A stretch of DNA of 64,000 bases, from the NCBI GenBank assembly GCA_963807165.1, contig CAWDZM010000001.1:32214-96213 (forward strand). The letters are read 5' to 3'. The notes below the pieces were generated by a model. The model made no database searches. It was not told where the DNA came from and saw only the letters and a list, made by a program, of their open reading frames with translations. Made by a program: the position numbers and the translations under genes. Numbering within the stretch: position 1 is the first letter of the stretch; each line of letters starts with the position of its first letter. Positions 48,492-59,658 of this stretch are shown piece by piece. This stretch comes from an uncultured bacterium (GTDB lineage Bacteria > Patescibacteriota > Minisyncoccia > UBA6257 > 2-01-FULL-56-20).

Positions 48492-48932
48492 TCATCGTGC
48501 AATGGGGATTTTTGCGAGATACCCTTCGATCATTTTGGGATAAACATCCTGCGCGAGTATCTCCACTACCGCAGCGATGATAGCGAGCCGCTCTTCTTTG
48601 AAAAGTTTTCTAAAGCGATACTCCGTGAGCTTCATAAACCGCATCACGCCCGCGGCCTCTGGAATTTCGCCGCGGTCGGCGAGTGAGCGTAGGATGGTTA
48701 GATTTCCGTCGTTCAATAGTTGGACGTTGAGGTGGTCGAGAAGAACCGCCTTGAACCTCGACGGCTCATTTTCCGATTGATCAGCAGCAACGTCAATTTC
48801 GGTGGCGATGATACTGATGATCTTATCGAGATTGTGCTTCTGGGTAATAACTGCCGGATGTTCCATAAAAGAACCTCCTAAAGATGGGAATGCTACCACT
48901 AAGAAGTTATCAGACCGATACTCTGTTTGCAA
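48492..48932 (-). CDS. hypothetical protein (likely start at internal Met near 48866)
   Basis: ORF track. Low GC. Confidence 0.3.
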   Translation of the reverse strand: MQTEYRSDNFLVVAFPSLGGSFMEHPAVITQKHNLDKIISIIATEIDVAADQSENEPSRFKAVLLDHLNVQLLNDGNLTILRSLADRGEIPEAAGVMRFMKLTEYRFRKLFKEERLAIIAAVVEILAQDVYPKMIEGYLAKIPIAR

Positions 48933-48951
48933 GCGATGCGTTTTTATCTTG

Positions 48952-49024
48952 TGCCCCCACGAGGATTCGAACCTCGGACCATCTCCTTAAGAGGGAGTTG
49001 CTCTACCAACTGAGCTATAGGGGC
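48952..49024 (-). tRNA. tRNA-Lys (anticodon CTT)
   Basis: Acceptor GCCCCTA/TGGGGGC, D-arm GCTC-AGTTGGTA-GAGC, loop CTCTTAA, T-arm CGAGG-TTCGAAT-CCTCG. Confidence 0.85.
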
Positions 49025-49153
49025 AATATCAAAGTTATTCTATTAAGGATATGCAAAAAATGCAATCGGGAAGCTAGCTTGTTTTGATATTGCCGGCACG
49101 ATGGGTTTTCATGTCGCTTGCGCTGTTTCTCTAATACCATAGGGTTTCGCTAT

Positions 49154-49184
49154 ATTCTGAAATCACAAATTGTGATTTCAGAAT
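49154..49184. repeat. 31-bp palindrome ATTCTGAAATCACAA-A-TTGTGATTTCAGAAT; copy B
   Basis: Shares the core AAATCACAAATTGTGATTT with copy A. Outer arms covary. Confidence 0.6.
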
Positions 49185-49418
49185 GCTGGATTTGGCTGAT
49201 TAAATTGAAATTCACCTCAACTGTTTCTAACCTCATAGGGCTGGGCGGAAGTTGCAATTTGCGCGACGTCAATGTTGTCGACGTCTCTTGCGAGCAGCAA
49301 GTTCTCGTGTTGCACCATACATTCGTGCCGCAAAACCACCGCCGATTTGAAAGGGGATATTGTGGTCTTGTAGGATATTTATAATCCAGCAGAATGCCGC
49401 TTCAGTATCTTTCATGGG

Positions 49419-49490
49419 TGCCCCCGCCAGGAGTTGAACCCAGACTTCATGGTTCGAAGCCATGCGTGATATCCGTTTCACTACGAGGGC
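49419..49490 (-). tRNA. tRNA-Arg (anticodon TCG)
   Basis: Acceptor GCCCTCG/CGGGGGC, D-arm GTGA-AACGGATA-TCAC, anticodon stem CATGG/CCATG, loop CTTCGAA. T-stem has two wobble pairs. Confidence 0.7.
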
Positions 49491-49526
49491 AAATGTTCTC
49501 TACGCTCTAATGCTACAATTATCTGT

Positions 49527-50210
49527 ATGACCATTGCAATCATCGTGTTCGAGTTCATCGTTTTGCTTTTTTCCGCCGTCTTGCACGAAGTGGCGCACGG
49601 CTACGAGGCGGAGCGGCTAGGGGACGACACCGCGCGGCAGGCGGGACGGCTGACGTTGAATCCGCTAGCGCACTTGGATCCATTCATGTCGTTCATTATG
49701 CCGCTCATTTTATTCTTCACGACAGGATTCTTTTTTGCGGGCGCAAAGCCGGTGCCGTACAATCCGAACAATTTCAAAGATCCGCGCACGGGTGCGGTAA
49801 AGACCGCGCTTGCCGGCCCTGCCACGAATCTTCTGCTCGCGCTCGTGTTCGGAATCCTTAGCTTGCTCGTGCCGCTCGCGGGCTCGGTCAAGGACGCGCT
49901 CTTCGGCGCAATCGCGAATGGCAGTACGCCCGTCTTTACGACGCCGCTTGCCGGAATCTATTTCTTCTTTCTGATCATCGTCTATATTAACGTCCTGCTC
50001 GGCATCTTTAACCTCGTGCCGATCCCGCCGCTCGATGGTTCGAAACTGCTCTTTCTTGTTCTGCCACCGACGCCCGGCACGTATAAGTTTATGTACTTTA
50101 TGGAGCGGTGGGGGCTGATCCTCGTACTGATTTTTGTGTTCTTCGGATTCTCACTGATATTCCCCGTTATCACGTTTTTCTTCTCGCTCTTTACGGGCCG
50201 ATTTTTCTAA
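49527..50210 (+). CDS. site-2 protease family (peptidase M50) membrane metalloprotease
   Basis: HEVAHG (HExxH) in the first TM region and the LNPLAHLDPF motif. TACAAT hexamer 7 nt upstream of the ATG. Confidence 0.7.
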   Translation: MTIAIIVFEFIVLLFSAVLHEVAHGYEAERLGDDTARQAGRLTLNPLAHLDPFMSFIMPLILFFTTGFFFAGAKPVPYNPNNFKDPRTGAVKTALAGPATNLLLALVFGILSLLVPLAGSVKDALFGAIANGSTPVFTTPLAGIYFFFLIIVYINVLLGIFNLVPIPPLDGSKLLFLVLPPTPGTYKFMYFMERWGLILVLIFVFFGFSLIFPVITFFFSLFTGRFF

Positions 50211-50227
50211 ATTGCTATAATAAAAAC

Positions 50228-50818
50228 ATGAGGAAAGGATTTACGCTCATAGAGTTATTGGTGGTCATTGCCATCATCGCCATTTTGGCCGTCGTCGTGA
50301 TCCTGACGTTAAATCCTGCAGAGCTGTTGCGCCAGTCGCGCGATTCACAGCGCATCTCGGATATTTCCACATTAAAGAACGCGATCGGATATTATATGAC
50401 GGACACCACAAGCCCCAATCTCGCTTCGTCATCGTTTGGATACGGTGCCTGCTATCTCTCGACGCTCTCCGGCAAAGGCACCGTGAGCTCAAGCTGTGGG
50501 GTTTTTGTGAGCACATATTCCACAGACGTGAGTACGACGAATGCGCTTTATCGTTTGAACAATTCCCAGGGATGGTTGCCGGTCAATTTCTCGCAGATCA
50601 CCTTTGGATCGCCGATCAGTTCGCTTCCGGTGGATCCCACCAACAACGCAAGTTATTATTATGCCTACGCGGCAACTACGACCGGCGGCAATCTCTATGA
50701 GATCGACGCATTCATCGAAAGCAAAAAATTCAACACCAGCGGCACGAATGATGTAGTGTCCACCGACGGTGGCGATAATACGAGTACGCTCGAAGGAGGC
50801 AGCAGGCTGACCCTTTGA
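50228..50818 (+). CDS. type IV pilin/pseudopilin with prepilin-type N-terminal cleavage/methylation domain
   Basis: KGFTLIELLVVIAIIAILA class III signal. TATAAT hexamer 6 nt upstream. Confidence 0.75.
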   Translation: MRKGFTLIELLVVIAIIAILAVVVILTLNPAELLRQSRDSQRISDISTLKNAIGYYMTDTTSPNLASSSFGYGACYLSTLSGKGTVSSSCGVFVSTYSTDVSTTNALYRLNNSQGWLPVNFSQITFGSPISSLPVDPTNNASYYYAYAATTTGGNLYEIDAFIESKKFNTSGTNDVVSTDGGDNTSTLEGGSRLTL

Positions 50819-50860
50819 TGTTAAGAGTTTTTTACGCTATAACTAGAAGCGTCGCAGAAA

Positions 50861-50931
50861 GGGCCTTTAGCTTAGTGGTAGAGCAATCGGTTTGCATCCG
50901 ATAGATAGGGGTTCGATTCCCCTAAGGTCCA
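50861..50931 (+). tRNA. tRNA-Ala (anticodon TGC)
   Basis: Acceptor GGGCCTT/AAGGTCC with the G3:U70 alanine identity pair. Loop TTTGCAT. T-arm AGGGG-TTCGATT-CCCCT. Confidence 0.85.
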
Positions 50932-50998
50932 CAGGATATCTTGCAGCTATTTATTTGACATAAAACCATACGTCGCTTACAATTCTCTGGTATTCGTT

Positions 50999-51415
50999 AT
51001 GCCTACTATCCGTCAACTCATCAAAAAGGGTCGCAAGCCGCTTGCCACGAAGAGCAAAGCGCCGGCTTTGGCGTACTATTTTAATTCGATCCATAACCGG
51101 CCGGTGGATTCCACGTCGCCGTTCAAGCGCGGTGTATGCGTGAAGGTGTTTACCCAGACGCCGAAGAAACCGAACTCCGCTATCCGTAAGGTCGCGCGCG
51201 TGCGCCTGACGAACGGCATGGAGGTCACGGCATATATTCCGGGCGAAGGGCACACCTTGCAGGAGCACTCGATCGTCATGTTGCGCGGCGGCCGCGTAAA
51301 AGATCTTCCGGGCGTTCGCTATCACATCGTTCGCGGCGTGCTCGATACCGTTGGCGTCGCCAACCGCAAGCAGCAGCGCTCAAAGTACGGCGCAAAGCGT
51401 GCGAAAGCAAAATAA
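50999..51415 (+). CDS. rpsL: 30S ribosomal protein S12
   Basis: MPTIRQLI...[19 protein letters not shown] canonical uS12. Confidence 0.9.
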   Translation: MPTIRQLIKKGRKPLATKSKAPALAYYFNSIHNRPVDSTSPFKRGVCVKVFTQTPKKPNSAIRKVARVRLTNGMEVTAYIPGEGHTLQEHSIVMLRGGRVKDLPGVRYHIVRGVLDTVGVANRKQQRSKYGAKRAKAK

Positions 51416-51451
51416 AGCGCCGCAAATTTTATCAACATTTAATCTTCTCCC

Positions 51452-51921
51452 ATGCGTAAAAAGCGAGTATATAAAAAGTTTCATCAGCCCGGACGTCGTA
51501 CACGGCCGTGTTGAGCTTGGGCCGCTTTATTAATTACGTCATGAAGGATGGAAAGAAATCCACCGCCGAGAAGTTGGTCTATGCCGCATTCGATAAGATA
51601 AAGGAGGTCACGAAAGAGGAGCCGATGGTGGTGTTTGACCGCGCAATGGAGAACACGATGCCGTTGCTCGAAGTCGCTTCCAAGCGCGTTGGCGGTGCGA
51701 ACTATCAGGTGCCGCGCGAGGTTCGCCCCGAGCGCCGCTTCGTGCTCGCGCTCCGCTGGATCATCGGCGCCGCTCGCGCAAAGAAGGGCAAAGGCATGGC
51801 CGACAAGTTGGCCGACGAGATCATCGCCGCGTCCAAGAACGAAGGCAACGCGATCAAGAAGAAGCTCGACATGCATAGGATGGCCGAGGCGAACAGAGCT
51901 TTCGCACACTTCGCACGGTAA
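51452..51921 (+). CDS. rpsG: 30S ribosomal protein S7, with two frameshifts in the first ~60 nt (near the A5 run at 51474-51478 and near 51505)
   Basis: MRKKRVYKK in frame A, ISPDVVHG in frame [22 protein letters not shown] onward in frame C (track 51508-51921). The rest is canonical uS7. Confidence 0.75.
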
Positions 51922-51925
51922 AGCC

Positions 51926-52252
51926 ATGGGACGCACCGGCAGGAGGATTTTAATCAGCCTCGCTTTAGGACTCGGATTGCTCCTAGTGGTCGTGTTCGTT
52001 TCTATTCAAGAAATATGGGCCTTTTATCCCTGTAATGCTTATTCAACCGTGTGTATTGCGGGATTGCAGAGCGTCGGATGGCCGCTTCATATTGAACTCT
52101 TATATTTCTCAACGCTTCCGAGTTTTTTCGGCGGTGCGATATGGATATTAGCGGCAGACCTTATATGCTATTCGGTAATATTTTTCTTAATAATCACAGG
52201 GATCAATCATCTCTTTAGTCGAAAACAAATTAACCCAGCTCAAACTCACTAA
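51926..52252 (+). CDS. small hydrophobic membrane protein inserted between rpsG and fusA
   Basis: 108-aa ORF with 3 predicted TM helices in the rpsG-fusA gap. Lower GC. Confidence 0.35.
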   Translation: MGRTGRRILISLALGLGLLLVVVFVSIQEIWAFYPCNAYSTVCIAGLQSVGWPLHIELLYFSTLPSFFGGAIWILAADLICYSVIFFLIITGINHLFSRKQINPAQTH

Positions 52253-52254
52253 AC

Positions 52255-54358
<2,104 letters not shown>

Positions 54359-54369
54359 GGGGAAGAAGA

Positions 54370-54488
54370 GATAACAAAAAGACCCATATACTTCGGGGAC
54401 GGCGTTCCAGCCTGCTGGCTGGCCGCCTTGGCTCTCAGCGCCTTCGCGCTTCCGAGACACCCCTCAGCACATGGGTCTTTTTGTTATC
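54370..54488. repeat. GC-rich 83-nt element (54388-54470) in the loop of an 18-bp AT-rich hairpin right after the fusA stop; copy 2, inverted relative to copy 1
   Basis: Arms GATAACAAAAAGACCCAT / ATGGGTCTTTTTGTTATC are exact reverse complements. Insert matches reverse complement of 35567-35652. Confidence 0.6.
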
Positions 54489-54511
54489 TTCAGATATTTG
54501 GGGAATAATTT

Positions 54512-54584
54512 GCCCTCGTGGTCCAATGGATAGGGCGTCTCGCTTCTAGCGAGTACGATGCGGGTTCAACTCCTGCCGAGGGCG
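54512..54584 (+). tRNA. tRNA-Arg (anticodon TCT)
   Basis: Acceptor GCCCTCG/CGAGGGC, D-arm GTCC-AATGGATA-GGGC, loop CTTCTAG, T-arm GCGGG-TTCAACT-CCTGC. Confidence 0.8.
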
Positions 54585-54611
54585 CGGATTCTGAAAGTGA
54601 GTATAAAATAT

Positions 54612-54640
54612 AAAGACGTCTATAAAAAATAGACGTCTTT
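54612..54640. terminator. bidirectional terminator AAAGACGTCTA-TAAAAAA-TAGACGTCTTT
   Basis: Perfect 11-bp inverted repeat between the tRNA-Arg (+) and GIY-YIG gene (-) 3' ends. Confidence 0.5.
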
Positions 54641-54656
54641 ATTATGTCCACCCTAC

Positions 54657-54944
54657 CTATCCGACTTTCTGGTTGCAAGAAGGCCGAAGCTCAAGAATTA
54701 ATTCTTTTTCTCGATTCGATGGATCTCCCGATATAACTTCGCCAACCCAATGCGTGGGTATCTCCCGAGTTATATACTGGTTATCTCCATTCAAGTGAGC
54801 CAGTAGTCGCGTGCGGATATCTCCCTTACCAACATAGACCCACCTTCCTTGCTTAAAGAGACCGTACACGCCATTTTGATTTAGGTTTAGCGCTTCAATA
54901 TCTTGACGGCTAAAAGCTCGTGGCGTTTGTTGAATAAATGACAT
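54657..54944 (-). CDS. standalone GIY-YIG nuclease-domain protein (YhbQ/UPF0213-like)
   Basis: GVYGLFKQGRWVYVGKGDIRTRLLAHL gives GIY...YIG plus the conserved Arg. Glu in REKELI. Low GC. Confidence 0.65.
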   Translation of the reverse strand: MSFIQQTPRAFSRQDIEALNLNQNGVYGLFKQGRWVYVGKGDIRTRLLAHLNGDNQYITREIPTHWVGEVISGDPSNREKELILELRPSCNQKVG

Positions 54945-55203
54945 ATATCTTTTTATGGTGAATATGATCGACCTTTTGTTATTCGTAGGTGTTACAATAA
55001 TTGATCTAATATTAGCCCCTTATTATTGTATGTCAAGCTTGTCAAGTGTTCAATAATGTTTATACTAAAAGATGAAGATTTGGCGCTAGTATGAAAGAAG
55101 TCTATTTTAATAAGGACTATAAGCATTTGGCGGAATATTAAAAAATGATAAAAACTAAATAGACAGACATATATTTCCCCCGTAAGATTACTATAAATAA
55201 AAA

Positions 55204-55986
55204 ATGCCAAGTTTCAACGATCTAAAATTGGAGGATTGGAAAAATTCAGAAATCTGGACCGATAGTCTCTGGATTATTTCTGAAAGAGATAAAAGCGGGA
55301 AACACGATGGGTTTTACCACGGGAATTTTGTCCCTCAAATTCCTCGTCAATTAATTTCTCGCTATACAAAGGAAAATGAAGTTGTATTTGATCCATTTGT
55401 AGGAAGTGGTACAACCGCTTACGAAGCCGAAGAGCTGGGTAGACATTTTATCGGGGTAGATATCCAATCCAAGTTGATTAAATATATTAGAGAGAAAGTT
55501 GATGACAAGAAGTTTTTTTCAGAATTGATTGTTGGTGATAGTTCAGATGAAAACATTATCTCTACGATTTCTGATATTTTAAAAAAGAAGAAGAAAAGAA
55601 GTATTCACTTTGCGATATTGCATCCACCGTATGCCAATATCATTAAATTTAGCAATAACAAAGCAGATTTATCCAACGCAAAATCATTAAAGGATTTTCT
55701 CGATAGATTTTCTCTAGTTGTTAAGAATACGGTTTCTTTATTAGAAAAAAATCGATATTTAGCGGTCGTTATTGGGGATAAATATCAACAAGGGCAGTGG
55801 GTTCCGCTCGGTTTTTACTGCTTAAATGAGGTGCAGAAGCAAGGATTAACTTTAAAGAGTATAATTATAAAGAATATGGAAGGGAATAGGGGGAAGCAAA
55901 ATAAGGAGGGCATCTGGCGCTATCGAGCGCTATCGAGCGATTACTATATTTTTAAGCACGAATATATTTTTATATTTAAGAATTAA
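55204..55986 (+). CDS. N6-adenine/N4-cytosine DNA methyltransferase with permuted motif order (FxGxG before DPPY-like)
   Basis: Motif I FDPFVGSGTTAYEAEELGRHFIGVDI at residues ~70-95. Motif IV ILHPPY at ~136. Low GC. Confidence 0.7.
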   Translation: MPSFNDLKLEDWKNSEIWTDSLWIISERDKSGKHDGFYHGNFVPQIPRQLISRYTKENEVVFDPFVGSGTTAYEAEELGRHFIGVDIQSKLIKYIREKVDDKKFFSELIVGDSSDENIISTISDILKKKKKRSIHFAILHPPYANIIKFSNNKADLSNAKSLKDFLDRFSLVVKNTVSLLEKNRYLAVVIGDKYQQGQWVPLGFYCLNEVQKQGLTLKSIIIKNMEGNRGKQNKEGIWRYRALSSDYYIFKHEYIFIFKN

Positions 55987-55990
55987 AGTC

Positions 55991-56896
55991 GTGAGCGATA
56001 TCAAGGATCAATTGTCGGTGGTACTAGCGAAAAAGATTTTTGGAAATTCCAAGGTTGCGTTGGAATATTTAAAGCGACTGAATACTATCAAGGAAATTAA
56101 TGGCATCACAAGTAGAACTCTTACGCGCGGAGTTCGTGTGGGGTTGGAGGTGCTGGGTATCAATGCAGATAAAGATATCTGGCAAATAGTTGTTGAAAGC
56201 TGGGACTATGAATCTAGCAAAAAGATTATTCGAGGTATATTTAAGGAGGGAAATAAGTATAGGGTGGGAGTGGAAGCGGATGTGGCGATGGGAATTCTTA
56301 TTAAAGAGTGGGAAGCGTTGAGTTTGGGTAAAATCGAATGGCCATTCTCTCAGGGGGATTTTGATGGCTTTGTTCAGGGAATTAATAATTCTAGTAATGA
56401 ACTTGGGGTAATTAAGGATGAAAAAGTAAAAGCGGCGGCGGTGAAATATCGAAGAATTAAAGAAATTAATACTGTCAGAAACGATTTTATAGAGACTTTG
56501 ATTTTTGAAAAAAATGAAAATATTATTCCGACTCTAAGCCATCGAAGGGGAGTCGACTTCTTTATCGACGGAGTTCCTTTTGACCAAAAAGTTGCAAAAA
56601 GTCCAACAAATCAATTTAAAGTAAAATTCGGTGATGATTGGAAAAATGAGGCAATAAAAAATCCAGCATTAGTTGCTGAATATTTATATAAATATCAAGA
56701 CGAGGGTCGTTTCGGTGCTGATCCGCGCTTGCTTGTCGTTTATTTAGATGAAGATATTTCCATACAAAAAATTAGAGAAATTTTAGGGAAGATTGACCTT
56801 AGTGATCCTATGGAAATTCAATTTGAATTTAGCCACGAAGTCGGAGGGGCCAAAAACTATAAAACAAAATGTTTTGTAATACTGCTTCATAATTAA
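55991..56896 (+). CDS. putative type II restriction endonuclease (PD-(D/E)xK-like) between two methyltransferase genes
   Basis: Position within the R-M cassette. Candidate catalytic stretch RRGVDFFIDGVPFDQKVAK (D...D.K). GTG start. Confidence 0.35.
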   Translation: MSDIKDQLSVVLAKKIFGNSKVALEYLKRLNTIKEINGITSRTLTRGVRVGLEVLGINADKDIWQIVVESWDYESSKKIIRGIFKEGNKYRVGVEADVAMGILIKEWEALSLGKIEWPFSQGDFDGFVQGINNSSNELGVIKDEKVKAAAVKYRRIKEINTVRNDFIETLIFEKNENIIPTLSHRRGVDFFIDGVPFDQKVAKSPTNQFKVKFGDDWKNEAIKNPALVAEYLYKYQDEGRFGADPRLLVVYLDEDISIQKIREILGKIDLSDPMEIQFEFSHEVGGAKNYKTKCFVILLHN

Positions 56897-56906
56897 CACA
56901 CAATAT

Positions 56907-57974
56907 ATGAACTATATCGGGAGTAAATTATCTCTACTAAATTTTTTAGAAACATCCATCGATTCTGTTACCAAGGGAGAGCAGAAGACATTTTTAGATC
57001 TTTTTGCTGGCACCGGTGCGGTTGGTCTCCATTTTAAAAAGAAGGGGTACAAAGTCTATGCTAACGATTTGCAATATTATAGCTTTGTTTTAAATCGCCA
57101 TTATATAGGTAATCATAAGGAAATGGAGTTTGAGGGATTAGCAAATATAATCCCAGGAATAACGAGTGCTAAAAAGAGCGATAAAAAAAATCTTGTGTGT
57201 GAGTATTTGGGTTCGATAAAAGGAACAAAAGGATTTATTTATAAGAACTATTGTCCGGGAGGCACGGTCAATAGTTCGGTCCAGAGATTATATTTTTCAG
57301 ATGAAAATGGAATGAAATGCGATTCAATCAGGCAGAAAATTGAACAATGGAAAAAGAAATTACAGATTACAGATAATGAATATTACTTTCTTCTCGCTTC
57401 ATTATTAGAATCGATCGATAAACATGCTAATACCGCATCGGTCTACGGTGCTTTTTTAAAAAAAATAAAGAAGTCGGCTCTTAGGCCAGTCGTTTTAAAG
57501 CCAGCGAATTTATTTATTAATGACCATGAACATAAAGTGTTTAATGAAAATATAAATACTTTGGTAAAAAAAGTAAGCGGAGATATTTTATATCTTGATC
57601 CGCCATATAACCAGAGACAATATGCGACCAATTATCATATACTTGAAACTATCGCAAGATACGATAATCCTAAAATTCACGGTAAGACAGGATTGAGAGA
57701 TTATAAATCTCAAAAGTCTTTATACTCTTCGCGTCCCCAGGTTAAAAAAGCTTTTAGAGAACTTATATCAAACGCAAAAGTTAAATATATCTTTTTGAGC
57801 TATAACAACGAAGGGTTAATGACTATGCAAGATATAAAAGAGATTATGGGCACGAGAGGGGAATATGGTTTCTTTGCTCAGAAATATGGGCGTTTTAAAG
57901 CCGATAAAGATTCAAACCGGGGATACAAAGATAATAAAACAACTGAATATCTCCACTATGTTGTTTGTAAATAA
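56907..57974 (+). CDS. Dam-like (alpha-class) N6-adenine DNA methyltransferase
   Basis: MNYIGSKLSLL...FLDLFAGTGAVG N-terminus (motif X/I) and ILYLDPPYN motif IV, the D12-class architecture. Confidence 0.8.
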   Translation: MNYIGSKLSLLNFLETSIDSVTKGEQKTFLDLFAGTGAVGLHFKKKGYKVYANDLQYYSFVLNRHYIGNHKEMEFEGLANIIPGITSAKKSDKKNLVCEYLGSIKGTKGFIYKNYCPGGTVNSSVQRLYFSDENGMKCDSIRQKIEQWKKKLQITDNEYYFLLASLLESIDKHANTASVYGAFLKKIKKSALRPVVLKPANLFINDHEHKVFNENINTLVKKVSGDILYLDPPYNQRQYATNYHILETIARYDNPKIHGKTGLRDYKSQKSLYSSRPQVKKAFRELISNAKVKYIFLSYNNEGLMTMQDIKEIMGTRGEYGFFAQKYGRFKADKDSNRGYKDNKTTEYLHYVVCK

Positions 57975-58196
57975 AAAGAGTATCCTGGATCTGACTTTTT
58001 CCGCGCACTTGATGTTGTAGGCGCTAGTAATATAATTTATTCGTTCCTTGAAAGCTGACGGGGATTGGCTTGGGCCCTTCTTTTATTCTTGGACTAAATC
58101 TCCTTTATCCCCCCTCGGTAGTCGCTTCTGGCGATTGCCGCGGGGGCTGGTATAAAGGTTGAACAGTCCCGAGTAATAAACTAATCCTAAGCGACC

Positions 58197-58373
58197 ATGG
58201 CTAAACCTATTGTTGTAAAGACGGGTGGTAAGGTTCCGGTTTCGGGGCAGTACCGTCCGTCAGGCGGGAAAACGGAGGGCACCTTCACAAAAGGTGAACG
58301 CGTTCCGCCGAACAACGTTGGCGTGCGTCAATCTTGGACTTTGGTCGACAAGACCAAACACAAGGGCGACTAA
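58197..58373 (+). CDS. possible 58-aa small protein (GC-rich, Gly/Lys-rich)
   Basis: ATG...TAA ORF, MAKPIVVKTGGKVPVSGQYRPSGGKTEGTFTKGERVPPNNVGVRQSWTLVDKTKHKGD. Below the track size cutoff. Confidence 0.2.
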   Translation: MAKPIVVKTGGKVPVSGQYRPSGGKTEGTFTKGERVPPNNVGVRQSWTLVDKTKHKGD

Positions 58374-58645
58374 TCGCTAGCGTACCTCCTCGTCAGCTTT
58401 TAGGGAATATTTTATTTTTTCCACAGTCGTCTGTGCTACACTGATTCTACAACCGAATAGCCCATCAAGAGAGTGGAGATGCTAAGGGATCTGGCCCGAT
58501 GCTCCGCCCGCAACCGATCGACGATTCGACACGGTGCGAAATCCAACCCTTCACGGGGAAGATGCTTCTTTATCTCAACTGCCGTGTAGGCGGTTGTTTT
58601 TTTGCTCTTTTGCCGGCTGGAGATTAAAACCTTATTAAAAGAGTT

Positions 58646-58674
58646 TTGACTTTGGTGCTGGGCGGGCGGACAAT
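58646..58674 (+). promoter_or_regulatory. sigma70-like promoter TTGACT-17 nt-GACAAT, 6 nt upstream of ATG 58681
   Basis: -35 at 58646-58651 and -10 at 58669-58674. Leaderless geometry. Confidence 0.4.
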
Positions 58675-58680
58675 GATGCT

Positions 58681-59538
58681 ATGGCAAAGAAAAAAGCGAA
58701 GCAGAATACTCATCCAACGATCTTTGAAGAGAAAGAGGTTCGAAGGGTGTGGCGTAACGAAAAGTGGTATTTCTCTGTTTCTGACGTGGTGCAGGCGCTG
58801 ACCGATTCGAATGATGTGCGGCAGTATATAAAAAAGATGAGAACGCGTGATGCGGAGCTGTCTCGCAACTGGGGTACAATTTGTACCCTGGTTCAAATAA
58901 CCTCAAAAGATGGTAAAAAGCACGAGGAAAATATGTCGGATATTGAAGGCATCTTCCGTATCATTCAATCTATCCCTTCCCCGAAGGCCGAGCCATTTAA
59001 GCGTTGGCTTGCCAAAGTTGGCAAAGAAAGAATCGAGGAAATAGCGGATCCTGAGTTGGCGGTGACGCGGGCTAAAGAGATCTACGACAAAAAGGGATAT
59101 CCCAAAGATTGGGTTGATAAGCGCATGCGTGGCATTGCCGTTCGGAATACGCTTACCGACGAATGGAAATCGCGGGGAGCGTCGATGCGTTTTGAGTTTG
59201 CGATTTTAACCGACGAGATTTACAAGGCGGCGTTCGATAAAACCGCGAAAGAATACATGAAGCATAAGGGCTTGGATAAAAAAGCGGGTGATAATTTGCG
59301 CGACCATATGGGCGACATCGAATTGATCCTGACGATGCTTGGAGAAGCTACGACAACCAAGCTCAGCACGGAAAAGGATTCGCATGGATTGGAAGCGTTA
59401 AAGAAAGATGCACGCGTCGGGGGAAGCGTTGCCGGCAGGACTCGAAAAGATATCGAACAGCAAACGGGCAAAAAGGTAATTTCAAACGAAAATTTTAAGA
59501 ATAAGAAGCTTCTGAAAGGTAAAAAAATTCGCAAATAA
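58681..59538 (+). CDS. Bro-N-domain protein (phage antirepressor/DinD-like)
   Basis: YFSVSDVVQALT...IPSPKAEPFKRWLAKVGKERIEE matches the Bro-N consensus. The C-terminus resembles DinD. Confidence 0.65.
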   Translation: MAKKKAKQNTHPTIFEEKEVRRVWRNEKWYFSVSDVVQALTDSNDVRQYIKKMRTRDAELSRNWGTICTLVQITSKDGKKHEENMSDIEGIFRIIQSIPSPKAEPFKRWLAKVGKERIEEIADPELAVTRAKEIYDKKGYPKDWVDKRMRGIAVRNTLTDEWKSRGASMRFEFAILTDEIYKAAFDKTAKEYMKHKGLDKKAGDNLRDHMGDIELILTMLGEATTTKLSTEKDSHGLEALKKDARVGGSVAGRTRKDIEQQTGKKVISNENFKNKKLLKGKKIRK

Positions 59539-59658
59539 TACTACGCATAAACTTCCCAAGAAGGTCTGTATCGTTTTTGAAGATACAATCGTTACCGCGT
59601 ACGAGATCAGCTATGTAAAGGAAACGAAATATCCAGATCTTAAACGAGTAAGATAACT

